A stretch of DNA of 64,000 nt from Blepharisma stoltei ATCC 30299 (lineage: Eukaryota > Protista > Ciliophora), in contig CBFDEM010000010.1 of assembly GCA_965603825.1 (NCBI GenBank), positions 310,001-374,000 of the forward strand. The letters are read 5' to 3'. Shown in pieces: positions 1 through 12,745 of the stretch; the first letter of the stretch is position 1; the number at the start of each line of letters is the position of its first letter. A model generated the notes under the pieces. It did no database searches. It had not been told where the DNA came from and saw only the letters and a program-made list of their open reading frames with translations. A program made the translations under genes and the position numbers.

Positions 1-1
1 A

Positions 2-397
2 GATTTTCCAAAAGAGCTGAACAAAAAAGTCACTCTCTTGCAGCACTTTCATAAAAATTTGCTGATTAATGAAAAAATAGAGAACTCAAACGATAGCGAC
101 CCACTCGTATACGTCAAAAAATGGCTTGCAACAACTCAAGCACACATCTTTAGACTAAGCAACAACATTGTCCAAGTATTTTTCATTGATAAAACCGAAC
201 TTATGCTTTGCGATGAAGGAAAAACAGTAGTTTATGTTGACAAACTCAAAGCAAAGTTTTTATATTCATTAAGCAATGTCATGGACAGCGGAAATACAGA
301 TCTTTCAAAAAGATTGAGGTATACAAAGGAAGCACTCAAAGTAATGCTCCAAAACCAGAATCCTGCACAATTGCAAGAAAGCAGCTTGTTTAACTAA
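2..397 (+). CDS. Polo-like kinase, C-terminal polo-box region (5'-truncated by window edge)
   Basis: Open frame from base 2: DFPKELNKKVTLLQHF...VYVKKWLATTQAHIFRLSNNIVQVFFIDKTEL...KRLRY matches the PLK polo-box 2 pattern; ends TAA. Confidence 0.85.
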   Translation, partial: DFPKELNKKVTLLQHFHKNLLINEKIENSNDSDPLVYVKKWLATTQAHIFRLSNNIVQVFFIDKTELMLCDEGKTVVYVDKLKAKFLYSLSNVMDSGNTDLSKRLRYTKEALKVMLQNQNPAQLQESSLFN

Positions 398-452
398 TTT
401 TTTGTATATATTTAATTAACTCCGAGTGTTTTAAAGAGTGAATTTATTATAC

Positions 453-1580
453 TTATTTTCTAGAAATAGTATGTGTTACCACAATTGGAAAAGTGATATT
501 AAGATCATCAGGGCTACTTATACATGCAGGAGAAGCTCTTGTGCTCACCCCATACTCCAATGACACCTCTTGTTTTTTCAAGTCAATTCGATTAAACGAC
601 GTATATGGCTTTATTGGCAGCTTTTTTACAAATCTCACTTCCTGCTCTTTAGGTTTTTCCACTTCCCCGTAATCCTGTGATATGCTTCTGTATTTTCTTA
701 TAAACTGATTATGCAGCCTTGGAGTAACCAAAACTAGTTTAGCCGACTTCAAATCGTTTTGCAATTCACCTATCAAATCATTTTGCTTCTTATTTATGAC
801 TTGTCTCACCTCTAGTTCTCTATTAACTTCTGCTTTAAAACTGTTATGCCTTTCTTTCAGCATTTTAATTTCATTCAGTAGCTCCTGCTCTCTAGCTTCT
901 GTTTCTTTTTTCTTATTAATCCAAGCTTCATCGTTTTCTTTTTCTCTTTTTCTCATAAACTCTTCATAAGATTTCAGCTTTGCCTTTGCTTCATCAGTTT
1001 GTTTTTGGGACATTTGGACCATATCTTTCATCGCATCAAGCTTTAAATATAAGGCTTTCATATCTTTATCCTTTTCAGGGTCATATTTATTATGAACTAT
1101 TTGCTCTGTTTTTCTTTCTTCTTTGCTCTTTTTTTGACGAAGTTTTGAGATTGCTAATTCTTGCTCGCAGCAGAATGACCTGAGCTCATCAAGTTCCAAA
1201 TCTTTTGCATTTATGAGGATTCTCATTTTATCATAGTCTTGTTTAAGTTCAATTAGAGTATTTTGATGACTTTGAAGCAGCTCTTGGATTTTTTTATGAT
1301 ATTCTTTGTGGATTTTTCTAAGTGCTAAGTCTAAAGCGTTTTGGTGATGCACTTTGGCAGCTTCTCGGATACGATCAACAATAATTTGGATCCTTTCTCG
1401 ATGATATTGAGAAGGCTGAGAGGATAACTGGTCTTTTAGATCGTCTTCGAGATTAGGATAGAATTGAGAGATGGTTTTAGTTTTACAGTTTCTTGAAAGA
1501 TCTGAATCCAAATTTGGATGGGCATCATAGTCAACCCAAAACTCACAATCAGATTCTGAGTTTAAATCAAGTTTTGACAT
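453..1580 (-). CDS. Coiled-coil hypothetical protein (375 aa)
   Basis: Long ATG..TAA ORF with K/E/Q-rich heptads; no family recognised. Confidence 0.75.
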   Translation of the reverse strand: MSKLDLNSESDCEFWVDYDAHPNLDSDLSRNCKTKTISQFYPNLEDDLKDQLSSQPSQYHRERIQIIVDRIREAAKVHHQNALDLALRKIHKEYHKKIQELLQSHQNTLIELKQDYDKMRILINAKDLELDELRSFCCEQELAISKLRQKKSKEERKTEQIVHNKYDPEKDKDMKALYLKLDAMKDMVQMSQKQTDEAKAKLKSYEEFMRKREKENDEAWINKKKETEAREQELLNEIKMLKERHNSFKAEVNRELEVRQVINKKQNDLIGELQNDLKSAKLVLVTPRLHNQFIRKYRSISQDYGEVEKPKEQEVRFVKKLPIKPYTSFNRIDLKKQEVSLEYGVSTRASPACISSPDDLNITFPIVVTHTISRK

Positions 1581-1846
1581 AACAGATTAATAGTAAATTA
1601 ATGAAAAAGTTTATATGGCAATTAGCTTTTTTAAATTATCAATAATTTCAGCTGAGAATCAATCTTTATAAGATGATTTCAAAAATAATCAAAAAAAATG
1701 ATTTAATTACAATTTGATAAAAATTGCATAGTTTATAATAGAAGGTTATATTTTAACCTTTTACAATTTAAATATTTGCAGAAATTTAATTGAAAGCGCC
1801 ATCTATTATAAAGACTGTATTAAAACGGTCAACTTTAGAATAATCT

Positions 1847-2773
1847 TTATTCCACTTTTATCAATACTTTACCCTCATGAAAATTTGCGAAGTAATATTT
1901 CAATGCTTGAATATAGTTGCTCAAGTTGAAAACATTGGATATTTTAGGCTTAAACATTTCAATGTTTTCATAAATCAATCTACTAAGCCCTTCCTGTTCA
2001 TACTGCGGTAAATAGTGATATAAATTGAAGCCAATAATTTCTTTTCTTTTGAAAATAAACTGCCTTGGATCGACATCTATAGTTTCCATTGACAAATTTC
2101 CGACAGATATAAGTTTTCCATACCTTTGAAGAGAGTTTAGCATTAGCGTCGCCATTTTTCCTCCAACTAGGTCAACTGCTCTTAAAACGTTATGCTCCTT
2201 TGATAACTCTTCAATTCTGCTCCTATCAGAATGATCAATCACGATTGAGCTTTGAACATTTCCAACATCTTCTTTATTAGTAATGCAAACAGGAGTCTTC
2301 CCGTTTTTTAATGCTAGGGCAATCGTTTGTTTTCCTATAGTTGAAGTTGGCGCTGATAAGAAAAATGCTTGATGGCCTTCAAGCTCTTTTAGGAGGCAAA
2401 TTGATGTTAAAGGTGCCAATGATATACAAGATCCAACCTGAGGATCCAAGTTTTCTGGTATTTGATTTCAGTAGCTTGCAATACAGTACTCAGCCCAAGT
2501 ACCAGAGCTTGCAATACATGCTACTCTTTTTCCAATCCAACTTGAAGATACCCCATTGCCTACTGACTCGATTTTTCCAATGCCTTCTACCCCTAATGTC
2601 AGAGGAAAAACTTGGGATTGCTTTTTGAAGCCCATTATGGAGCCTATATCATGAGGGTTAATAGGACTGTATTCCATTTTCACAAGGATTTGGCCTGGGC
2701 CTGCTGATGGAATCTCAACTGTAGTCAGAAGAGGTTTGGTTTTTTTCTTCAGTATCCTAATTGCCTTCATCAT
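1847..2773 (-). CDS. MDR-superfamily (quinone oxidoreductase / enoyl-reductase-like) oxidoreductase
   Basis: ORFs 2468..2773 and 1847..2449 are in one frame joined by TGA at 2468-2470; GroES-like motifs QILVKMEYSPINPHD, PLTLGVEGIG, GTWAEY and C-terminal GKVLI. Confidence 0.8.
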
Positions 2774-3073
2774 AATTAATTATACTTTTATTGCTCAAAT
2801 GAAAAAATTACCACTTAATGCATGATTTACAGCAAATATTTAAAAAGAAAATTATTGTGGAATTAGTAGGAGTTGATCCCTATATGTTTCCTTAATTGTC
2901 TGAATTTACACTATGCTGATAAGCACCTTCGAATTATTAATACTCCAAACAGTGATATTTTATCTTGATAAATTTTCGGTTAAAAGATCATGACTTTGCT
3001 TAGCTTATAAAATATCACACATTTTCTTTATTATATTGTCAACAATCCAGTAACTTAAATCAAAATATTGAAT

Positions 3074-3829
3074 ATGGAATTAAAGGCAAGAAAGTCAGGA
3101 ATATGCTTTAACCAATCTTTTCAAATAAATTCTCAATTCTCTCTAAAATCCCATGAGCCAGCTTCCCCAAGTCCTGACTCCCCAATTGATGAGACAAAAA
3201 ATTTGAAATTCACAGAAAATCCCAAAAAGCCAAAATTATTGTCTCAGCAAGCCTCAAGGAGGCATTCTCCGTCAATAATATCGTCATCTATCCACAAAAG
3301 AACACTATTATATTCTAAAAAAATCGAAGGATCATCATCTGTAAGTTCAATGTCAAGACACAAACGGCATAGCACTGATGACAAAATTGAAGTTTCTGGA
3401 AAATCGCTAATTGATATTCCCAGATTTTCATCTCGTCCTAGAAGAACGATTGCCTTAAAAGCTGAGCGTCTTTCAATTGATTTTGAATGAAAAAACACTC
3501 GCGAATCCCCAATACCTGGGGAGGCAAGAACTCCTAAAACTTTCAGCATAAAATTATTGCAAAGGCCAATTAATTTTTCAGAGATAAAAAGAAAAATTGA
3601 GCAGCCCGGGATTTTATCAGCAAAATCGCTTTCTATTATAAAATCGACTGCTGCTAAAAATGCGTATATTAAAAGAAATTGAAATAATATAAAACCAAAA
3701 ATTGGGAGTAAACGAGTGCATTTGTCAATGGATCAAAGCTTATTGCAATATGCGACTGATGAAATGATTAAAAATGATCAAGCAGAAGCACTTTATAGGG
3801 AGTCAATAAGAAGTCAAAAACGAAATTAA
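3074..3829 (+). CDS. Ser/Lys-rich hypothetical protein (251 aa)
   Basis: ATG 3074; frame stays open through two TGA (3488, 3680) to TAA 3827-3829. Confidence 0.65.
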
Positions 3830-3903
3830 TTTAATAAGAATGTATTATATTTAGACGTTTCAGTTATTATAGCTATTTATTCATTTTGAATGCTGCTTTT
3901 ATC

Positions 3904-4365
3904 TTAAAGTTCAACTCTTTTAGATAGATTATCTGAATAAATTCTTAATTCCTCTTTGCCTGATTTTTGCTTTTCCTTTAATTCTAGAGCTTTAATTGCT
4001 TCTTTTAAGTTGTTTTGCTCTTCAGATAAATCTAAGCTTAGTTCTTCGGCATATCTGCTATAATCAAATTTTGTAAATTGTTCGAAATCTCTTCAATTGA
4101 TTTCAGTACCTAAGCTCTTAGCTTTAATCATTTGTTCAGTTGATATCTGATCCCTGCAGCTATCTATTAAGTCTGCAGTCAGTTTTTCTTTAATTCTTTG
4201 TCTCCTTAATCCATCCAAATCTTTAAATTTTCCATTATCTTGGTATAAATAGTCAATTACAAAGCAATCAATTATTTTATAGCATATTCTTGCCGCTTCC
4301 ATACTCTGAATTTCGTAACTCATTGCACCTAAGCTTAGGAACATAAGCACCCAATTAGCTTTCAT
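3904..4365 (-). CDS. Small secreted/ER-lumen protein (153 aa), signal peptide and C-terminal RVEL
   Basis: Hydrophobic N-terminus MKANWVLMFLSLGAMS; read through TGA 4093-4095 to ...SKRVEL-TAA. Confidence 0.65.
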
Positions 4366-4603
4366 TAAAATTTATCTATTAATTAATTTTCTTAGTGAAA
4401 TTCTTGCTATTATGAAGAATAATTAAAATTGGTTATTATAAGAGCGCTTCATATACATTTATTAATAATATCATGCTTGAAATCATTAAAGATTCTTTAA
4501 CTTGCTATCTTAGCCTTAATAATTTATAATTAAAAATTAATTATAATTATATATTTCACGTTATTTATTGAAATTTTGCTTCCTTCAGAATTTCCACCTA
4601 AAT

Positions 4604-5752
4604 TTAATATACACTGCATCCTGCTTTTATATTTGCAATCGGCAGAAGGTTTGTCAAATCAACTTCATGCCTAGATCTTAAGATCTTATCTCTATTTTTA
4701 AACTCCGGCCAGCCGTTGCAATCCATAACTAGCGTTTTCGTACCACTCCCTGACTCTGTGTAGCTTATTTTTTCTTCTAGTGGCAAAGGTTGAGGCTCTG
4801 TGTGTTTTGCTTTTTTATGTTTATGTCTTCGGTTTACTGATCGAGAACTTCCATGGGAAGAAGCTGTTGTTTTAACCCAGTCAAACTTCGAATCACTTGA
4901 AAATTGTTCAGTAGTTGCAACTGTTTGAAAAAGACGTCTTAAATAGTCATAGTCTGGTTTTTCTTCAAAGTGCAAAGATCTACAATAGCTCATGTAATTT
5001 ATAAATTCTTGTGGGAAACCTCTACACAACTGGTCCAGTGGAGTTCCAATCTTTTTTTCCATGATTTTTTGATATTTTTCTTGTTTGGTGCCTGTTCTAA
5101 TTCCTTGCCATGGAAGATTACCTCTATAGAAATAAATAATAGAGTAGCCTATACTTTCTAAATCATCTCGGCGGGATTGTTCAATACCCATATGAGTATT
5201 TATCGATGCATAGCGAGCTGTACCTGTCAAACTTTTATTTTCACGATAAGGGATGTGCTGCTTTGTGCGTGGATCTCTGTATTTTTTACTCAACCCAAAA
5301 TCGATTATATAAACAATATTTGATTTTGAGCCCAAACCCATAATAAAATTATCAGGCTTGATATCTCGGTGAATTATATTGTTATTGTGCACAAATTCAA
5401 TCCGATGCAGCATTTGATCTGCAAGTTTAATGGTCGTCCTTAATGTAAATTTTCTATGGCACGTACTAAACTGATCTTCTAAGGAGTGCCCTAGTAATTC
5501 CATTACCATATAACTCCCATCATCTCCATTGCCATATCAAAAAATTTTAGGAATTCCTATACCTTTATCTAGGGATCTTAAAATTTTTGCTTCTGAAATT
5601 AATTGAGGAGTTTTGCATCCATTTGGCTCGAATTTTATAGCAATCTTATCATTTGTGTTTATATTTATTCCATTGAAAATCTCACCAAAGGACCCTCCAC
5701 CTATTTTTGAGCCGATAACAAATTTTCCTCCAATTCGTTTTTCTGAATCCAT
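4604..5752 (-). CDS. CK1: Casein kinase 1 family Ser/Thr kinase
   Basis: [62 protein letters not shown]; TGA at 5537-5539 occupies the conserved W of GIPxxxW.G. Confidence 0.95.
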
Positions 5753-5918
5753 TTCTTGCTTATTTATCTTTTAAAATTCCAACCATAAAGAATTAATTGG
5801 TAACAGAAATGCGAAAAATATGAAATCGGAAACTTTAATTTGTTAATGAATTTAAAAAAGTTGGGTAATTGAAAATTTTTATTTGAAATTTGTTTATATA
5901 GGAAATTCTTTATTCTCC

Positions 5919-6794
5919 TTAAATCTTCATATTTTTTATGATATTCATGCTAAATATTTCATTTGGATTCACAAACTCGATTTGTTGGACGTAGATTTTT
6001 CTTATCCACGAAGGTTGGCTGAAATCCAAATATAGCTCAGGACTTTTTTTTTCAATTTCTTCAAATCTTGGCTCTTCGGTATTTTTTTCGGAATTTGGAA
6101 ACCAAGGGTCTAGTTTTAGCTCTGATATCATATCGCTATTTATATATTGCTTTACTCTTTCCCATTTTTCATAACACATTTCTTTATGTTTTTTTCCTTT
6201 GCAGCAGTTAAAATTAAATTTTTTACACAAAGCTTCTGGCTCGAAGTCGCTAAATAAATATTCTACATAATAATAAAAAGACTCCCTTACTTCACTTTTA
6301 TAAAAATATTCCATGCAAAAATTCGCATTAAAGCTTTTAGCCAATTTAGGAGCCTTTAGCTTGTTTTTGTTTTTTATGGTATTTTCTGTTTTTGAGAGGT
6401 CTTTTAGTATGAATAAATACTTGTGATAAATTTCTGAAAGTTTGTTTCATAAATTGATGGATTGAGGATTATTGCAATTGTAACTATTGAAAGATTTTAT
6501 TGGAATTAAGTTTTTCTCTATTTGGCGATTTGCTCTTTTGTGACCTCTGATAAGTTTGCAGCGTAAATATTCTTTTTTGGGCTGACCTATTGATGAGCCT
6601 CGAAAAGTGTAAAAATGAGAAAGAATTTCAGTATCAGAATTTATCTTCCTACCTGTAGGTTTTCTCTTTAAAGCAGAAGGAGAATTGCTTGAAGATGGGA
6701 ATGAGTATAGATCAAGGGATGATGATCCAGGAGAGCTTGAGCGAGGAGACGATTCCCTTGAATCTTGAGGAAGAAGGAGGGTAGAGGCGTTCAT
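5919..6794 (-). CDS. Uncharacterised KKEYLRCK-family protein, paralog 1 (291 aa)
   Basis: Two in-frame ORFs joined by TGA 6447-6449; aligns over about 170 aa with the 17907..18788 product. Confidence 0.8.
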
Positions 6795-7038
6795 TACTTT
6801 TATTTAGATTTATTCAATAATTGTTCAGATTTTGAAAGAAAATATGATAGAGAATTAAAAAACTTATTTTAGCTGTAAGTTATGTAGTAAAATATTTGGC
6901 GTCTGCATTTTCTGCAAAAAATGCGTAAATTATGACATATTTTGAGATTTATATATAAAACTTGCATAAAAACCGACCAAATGTTTAAGTTTTTTATGAA
7001 AAGCATAATAATTGCAATTTTAAAATATAAATTTTTAA

Positions 7039-8088
7039 TTATAATGAACAATTTTCAATAAATCTTTTGTTTTCAATATTTGATATAGCGATTTTAGGTT
7101 TATATGAATTTTGAAGGATTCCAATACCTTTCATGCAAACTTCTGCCTTATTTTCATTTCATTTTATTCTAATACCTTTTATATTCAGAAATTCACAAGC
7201 TTCTTCTGTACTAGAAAACCAAAGAGCATCAATAAATTCATCAAGATAAATTTCTCTAAATGCGATTTTCATTATTTCCATAGCGGACACTCTTACACTT
7301 TCAAAGAATTTATAGCATGCACAGGATATCCAATAACTTGAATTTTTAACAAGCCTGAAAAATGCTGAATAATTATCTTCCCAATATGCGAAAAATATGT
7401 TTACTGCCAACTGCAATATTTCTCTATTCAATAAATCTCTAGAAATTTCTTTAAGAATGGTCACTACTTCAATTGGTTTATCCATGTCAATAAGTATTTT
7501 ATAAGCAACAAACTCAGCTTCATTTTCTGAATGAATATTAAGCTTTCTTCTTTCTTTATATCCTTCAATAAGCGAACTCAATATATCTCTACATCTTTCG
7601 TCATTCAAAAATATATCAAAACCTTCATAATAGCAAGCTCTCGATGAAGACATGATATAAAATTTTGCCATTCTTTCATGGTTTTTTATATACAAATCAC
7701 TTGTGTTTTCTCCTAGAATTTTGTAATCTTTTGCAATAGCTCTTAATCTATCACTCAAAAAATCATAAATCTCTTCATAAGTGTGTACAATTTTTCCTCT
7801 TGGAAGTGAGTAGTTCATCGGATTTCCATTAGTCTCAAGAAAAAGTATATTATTGAATAAATAATCAAGTGTTTTATCCAAAGTTTCTGGGTCTCTTATA
7901 CTGTCATTTTCGCAATTTCTCACATACTTTTTCACAAGCCATGGCCTATGTGCCTTCACCTTCCCTCTCGAAATATCAGTTCCTGGAGCCAGCTCAAACA
8001 AATGAATGACATTAGCTTGAATCCTTTGTCTCGCTTCTTCATCACTACACATTAAAGTCTCTTGGTCATTTTTCAGTATATTTTCCAT
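7039..8088 (-). CDS. SAC3/GANP-family (PCI) protein
   Basis: VKKYVR, IRDPETLDKTLDYL, YDFLSDRLRAIAKD, HERMAKF, NEAEFVAYKIL, NYSAFFRL; continues past TGA 7159 to TAA 7039-7041. Confidence 0.85.
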
Positions 8089-8122
8089 TTAATTTTCTGT
8101 AAACATTTTAATTTCCGATTAT

Positions 8123-9274
8123 ATGGAAAACAATCAACCTAATATTATTGAAAGACTCAAAAAGCGGCAAAGGATCGGGAGGACCAAAATTTTTGAGTCT
8201 CTAGACTCAATAGTGGAACAATTAGAAACTTTTGTAGAAAACGACAGCGAAGAAGTGACAGATGAAGAATTCCAAACAAAAATATCCAATCTCTTTCAAG
8301 AAATAAAAGACGCTGAGCCACTCAGAAATGTCTGTAAAGAGCACCGAGAAACTTATGCATACATTTCTAAGCTTGGAAAAGAAATAGAACAGAACGGTAC
8401 TATGAATCCTGAAGACTTGCAGTGCCATGCAACTACCCCATTAGATGAGTCTATCATCAATTCAGCAATCCATGAGTATTTTATGAGGGAAGGGATGTTT
8501 GAAGAAGCTGACTATCTTCAAGATCTAAAACAAATTCAAGGCGGGATTGCAGAAGCGAAAGAACAGTTTAAAATGATTTATCAAGTTTTGAAATCCCTTG
8601 AAGAAGGGAATATAGACTATGCGTTGAAATGGGTAGAAGACAACTCTCAGCAGCTAAAAAGTTCTTCAGCAAATTTGCAGTTTAATTTGCATAAATTGAA
8701 ATTCTTGAATTTATTAAGACGGAAAGATTCTGCTACGGCTCTGGAATATGCCAAAACTAATATGCAGGCTTTTAAAAATACCCATATAGGAGAGATCCAA
8801 CAGTTAATGGGAGCGTGCTTATTTTTGAGCCAGCCTGAAAATTCTCCTTATCAAGAATTACTTGACCCGGAGTACGACAAAATCATTGCTCAGCAGCTGA
8901 TTCAAGAGTGATGCAAAACACTCGGGCTTCCTTTTAAGTCTTCTTTAGTAACAGCAATAACTGCAGGCCTCCAAATTATGCCAGAAATGATTCAATTAGC
9001 AAATATTACAGGCGGAAACAAAATCTGGACACAGCCTATGCCAACTGAGCTAAATTTGGATCCTAAGTTGAGATTCCACTCAATTTTTGTATGTCCTGTA
9101 TCAAGAGAAATTTCGACACCGGAAAATCCACCGATGCTTTTACCATGTGGGCACATGATATCTAAACAAAGCATGGAAAGATTATTAAGCAGCAGCTCAA
9201 GAGGTAAATTCAAGTGTCCAACTTGCCCAGTTGAAGCTACTGACAGAGATATACGTCAAGTGACTATATGGTAA
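8123..9274 (+). CDS. RMD5: GID/CTLH E3 complex subunit RMD5/RMND5-like (LisH-CTLH-CRA-RING)
   Basis: LisH (AIHEYFMREG), CTLH (ALKWVEDN...LQFNLHKLKF) and RING FHSIFVCPVSRE...NPPMLLPCGH...KCPTCP; halves joined by TGA 8909-8911. Confidence 0.9.
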
Positions 9275-9324
9275 TTAGAAATAATTCATGATATTTTTAT
9301 AGTTTTGTCCAAGATCCTATTTAA

Positions 9325-10500
9325 TTATTTTTTCCCTTGAGGAGCTACATTGAATCTGAAATAAATAATTTCTCCGTCTTCTACTTCGTAATCTTTCCCG
9401 CATTGTCTTAGTTTTCCTTCTGCTTTGACGTTATTTTCATTTCCTAACGAGACCAAGTCATCATATTTCATGATTTCTGCACAAATGAACCCTCGTTCAA
9501 AATCTGTATGAATAACTCCAGCTGCCTGTGGAGCTTTGGTGCCTTTTCTAATGGTCCAGCATTTTACCTCATCTTCTCCAGCTGTAAAATAATGAATTAG
9601 CTGAAGAGACTTATATCCGGTTTTCAAAATTCTTGGAATCATCGAAATGGCGTTATTTTCTTGCAAATAGGCAGCTTTGGCATCTGGATCCATTCCAAAA
9701 ACAGCTTGCTCAAATTCTATGGAGTAAGGAATAATATCTCCGCCGCCATGCTCGTTCACCCACTTCCCTATTCCTGCGAGCCATTTATTTTTCTTTCTGA
9801 GATAGTCATTTGTGCTTAAGTTCACCAAATAAACCATAGGCTTTGCAGTCAAAAATAAACAAGAATTCAAGACTTCGATTTCTTTGGTATGCCATTCTCC
9901 GTCTTTTAGCATTTGATGGTTATTCAGCATGTCTCTGATTTTTACCAAAATTTCCATCTCATCAGCCAATTCTTTGGTTCTGGCTCTTTTAAGCTGCTTT
10001 TCTACGTCTTCGATTTTTTGGTTGCATCTTTCAAGATCTTTTAAGCAGAGTTCATTTCTAATAATATCAAGATCTCTGATAGGGTCGACTTCTCCTTCAG
10101 TGTGGATGACGTCTGCCTCTGTAAAAGCTCTGACGACATGGAAAATGCCATCAACTGCGTTTATATGTGATAAAAATGCATTGCCAAGACCTGCGCCTTC
10201 AGAAGCTCCTGGGACAAGTCCTGCGATGTCAGTGATTGAAAGAATGGCTGGGACTCGTGACCTTGGCTGATACATTTCACAGAGTCTGTCGAATCTTTGA
10301 TCTGGAATAGGGACTCGAGCTTCAGTAGGATCGATTGTGCAGAATGGATAATTTTCAGCAGGGACTGAAAGATTCGAAAGGAGGTTAAATGTAGAGGATT
10401 TACCCACATTTGGAAGACCGACAATCCCAATTTTCAAAGTGTTGCCAGGACGTCCTAGGAGGGGCTTTTTCTCTTCGACGGCCTTTTTCTTAGCAGGCAT
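9325..10500 (-). CDS. OLA1: Obg-like ATPase 1 (YchF family)
   Basis: GIVGLPNVGKS, ENYPFCTIDP, DIAGLV..GAGLGNAFL, APQAAGVIHTDFERGFI. Confidence 0.97.
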   Translation of the reverse strand: MPAKKKAVEEKKPLLGRPGNTLKIGIVGLPNVGKSSTFNLLSNLSVPAENYPFCTIDPTEARVPIPDQRFDRLCEMYQPRSRVPAILSITDIAGLVPGASEGAGLGNAFLSHINAVDGIFHVVRAFTEADVIHTEGEVDPIRDLDIIRNELCLKDLERCNQKIEDVEKQLKRARTKELADEMEILVKIRDMLNNHQMLKDGEWHTKEIEVLNSCLFLTAKPMVYLVNLSTNDYLRKKNKWLAGIGKWVNEHGGGDIIPYSIEFEQAVFGMDPDAKAAYLQENNAISMIPRILKTGYKSLQLIHYFTAGEDEVKCWTIRKGTKAPQAAGVIHTDFERGFICAEIMKYDDLVSLGNENNVKAEGKLRQCGKDYEVEDGEIIYFRFNVAPQGKK

Positions 10501-10688
10501 TTTTATGAATGGAAATTAAGCAGAAAGAAGGGATTCTGAAGCTATAAAGTAGACTCGTAGAAATGAGGCTAAATAATTAATCCGAGAGTTTTACACCATA
10601 AAATAGTGAATTATGTCTAAAATTAAGATAAAAATTTATATGAAAGAGGCTTTGTGTTAGTGACTTAAATAAGATAAAAATAAATAAA

Positions 10689-11516
10689 TTAGTCTAATGA
10701 TTTCTTTTGAGTGGAATATCTCTGTAGTTTAATCAGCGCTTCAGCAGTATTAATACGGCTAAACTGATTTCGGTACTCAGATTCATGCCAAACTTTAGCA
10801 TCAGGCTTCTGGAAGTATTGGTCTATCACATCTTCTTTTTTGTCTTTGATACTAATTTTCCCACCATTCTCAGCCTCACCATTTTGCTCATTTACCTTCC
10901 CATTTTCTTTATCATTCTCTATCTCTGCATCAGTTTTATCCAGCTTATCAGTTATATCATTATTTTCATTATATTCATTTATCACTGATACATTTTCTTG
11001 ATTTATTGCAGATGCATTCTCTTCATAGCTCTTGTTTATATTTTTTGAAATTTCATCTTGCTTTGTCTCTAAATGTGGATTTATTATGTGATTTTTTAAG
11101 CTGAGCAGTTCTCTAGATAGAGGAATTTTTTTATTAACTTGTTTTGGAGTAAAATGAGACTCAGGCTTATTATTTCGAAACAACCACTCTTCTCGATGAT
11201 GAGTCAAAGGCTCAAATTGCCATCTAACTTCAGAATTGGCATTTTCTGCTGGCAGAGGAGATTTCTTAGGAATAGCTGAGCATGGGCGAACATTTTTTTG
11301 AGGTGTCGGAGGATGTGGAGGATTGACATCCATAATGCATAAGGGTCTAGTTGAAAATTTATCTTTAGGAGAATAGAGAACGATAGGCATAACTACTTTT
11401 TTCTCTTTAGGCAGTTTACGTTTACTTGTTCATGATTTTTTTGTCTCTTTTCTGGGCATTATTTTAAAAGGTGAGCTTGATGTGAAGTCAGAGTATGTCA
11501 CAATCAAGGGATTCAT
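10689..11516 (-). CDS. Hypothetical protein (275 aa)
   Basis: ORF 10689..11390 extends in frame through one TGA to ATG 11516. Confidence 0.65.
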
Positions 11517-11828
11517 ATTTATTTGAAAATTGGCAGAAAATGGAAATATCAATAAAGATATTTAGAAATAATTTATTAAGCTGAATAATAAATAGTATAA
11601 ATGATAATTTCTTAACTAATTAAATTTTCCCATGAAAATAAGTTTTAACTTTAAAATTTGCTATGCAGTTAAAGTTAAATTCACACAATGACAATTTATT
11701 TGATAAAAATTAACTGAACTCAATTATTTGAGGTGAAAGCTTAAAATATGCCTGTAAACATTAAATTTTAGCGTTGATTGCCATTTTTGATTTAAAATTC
11801 CAACTGAAAATAATAAAAAATCGTTAAA

Positions 11829-12059
11829 ATGAAGTTGCTTATTTTGCTGTCAATTTTAATATTAACTCAAGCAAGAGAAGACCCGGTGAAAAGAGTCCTT
11901 ACATTTATTGAGTTAGAACTAATAGTCTTTCCAATTGTATTAGCAATTGTGGTACTAGGGATGTGGAAGATTCACTTAATTAAAAACATGTGAAAGCCTG
12001 TAGAAAATTGTTCTCAAGAGCTCAAACCCCTCGTAAGAGAACCTGAATGTGAACCATAA
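11829..12059 (+). CDS. Small single-pass membrane protein (76 aa)
   Basis: MKLLILLSILILTQA signal-like start, TM-like LIVFPIVLAIVVLGMW, one internal TGA, TAA 12057-12059; absent from ORF track. Confidence 0.55.
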
Positions 12060-12096
12060 TAAATTAATTCAATTTACACACGTGTAAAATATTAAA

Positions 12097-12720
12097 ATGG
12101 ACGAACTTCTAGGTTATGCTCCTCCTGTTACCAAAGTTTTAGTCGGCTCAGCTCTTATTACATCAACCTTATGCTCTCTGAATTTTTTAGAAGCTCATGA
12201 TTTATTTTTTGATATGAATCTCATCATTGAAAAATATGAATTCTGAAGACTCTTCACAACATTCACATATTTCGGGAATTTTGGGATTGGAACGTTCATT
12301 AGCTTATTTACCTATTTCCAAAATTGCAAAATGCTTGAAGTTATGATGTTCCAAGGGCAGCTTGCAGAATTTTTAAATTTTATTTTGGTATCATGCAGCT
12401 TGCTATTAATATTGGCTCCAATGTTTAACTTGTTTTTCTTATCAGATGCTTTATTTATGTGCATTATGTATTTACTGAGCAAAAGAAATAGACAAGGAAG
12501 ATTTATGTTGATTGGGCTTCCTATAGATATCCCATCAACATTTCTGCCTTATGTGTTTCTGATGTTTGGCTTCAGCAAATCAAAAATAATTGGGATGATT
12601 TTAGGACACCTTTATTATTATTTTGAAGATGTTTTACCAGTTCTCCCCACAAGCCAAGGTGTCCGGCTTTTAAAGCCAAATTTCATAGTCCGGTATTTTG
12701 CAAAGCTTATAGAAAATTAA
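12097..12720 (+). CDS. DER1: Derlin (ERAD rhomboid-like protein)
   Basis: PPVTK..., KYEF(TGA)RLFT = conserved WR motif, FLPYV, IIGMILGHLYYYFEDV. Confidence 0.9.
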
Positions 12721-12745
12721 TGTAATCATTGATGTTTTAATCATT

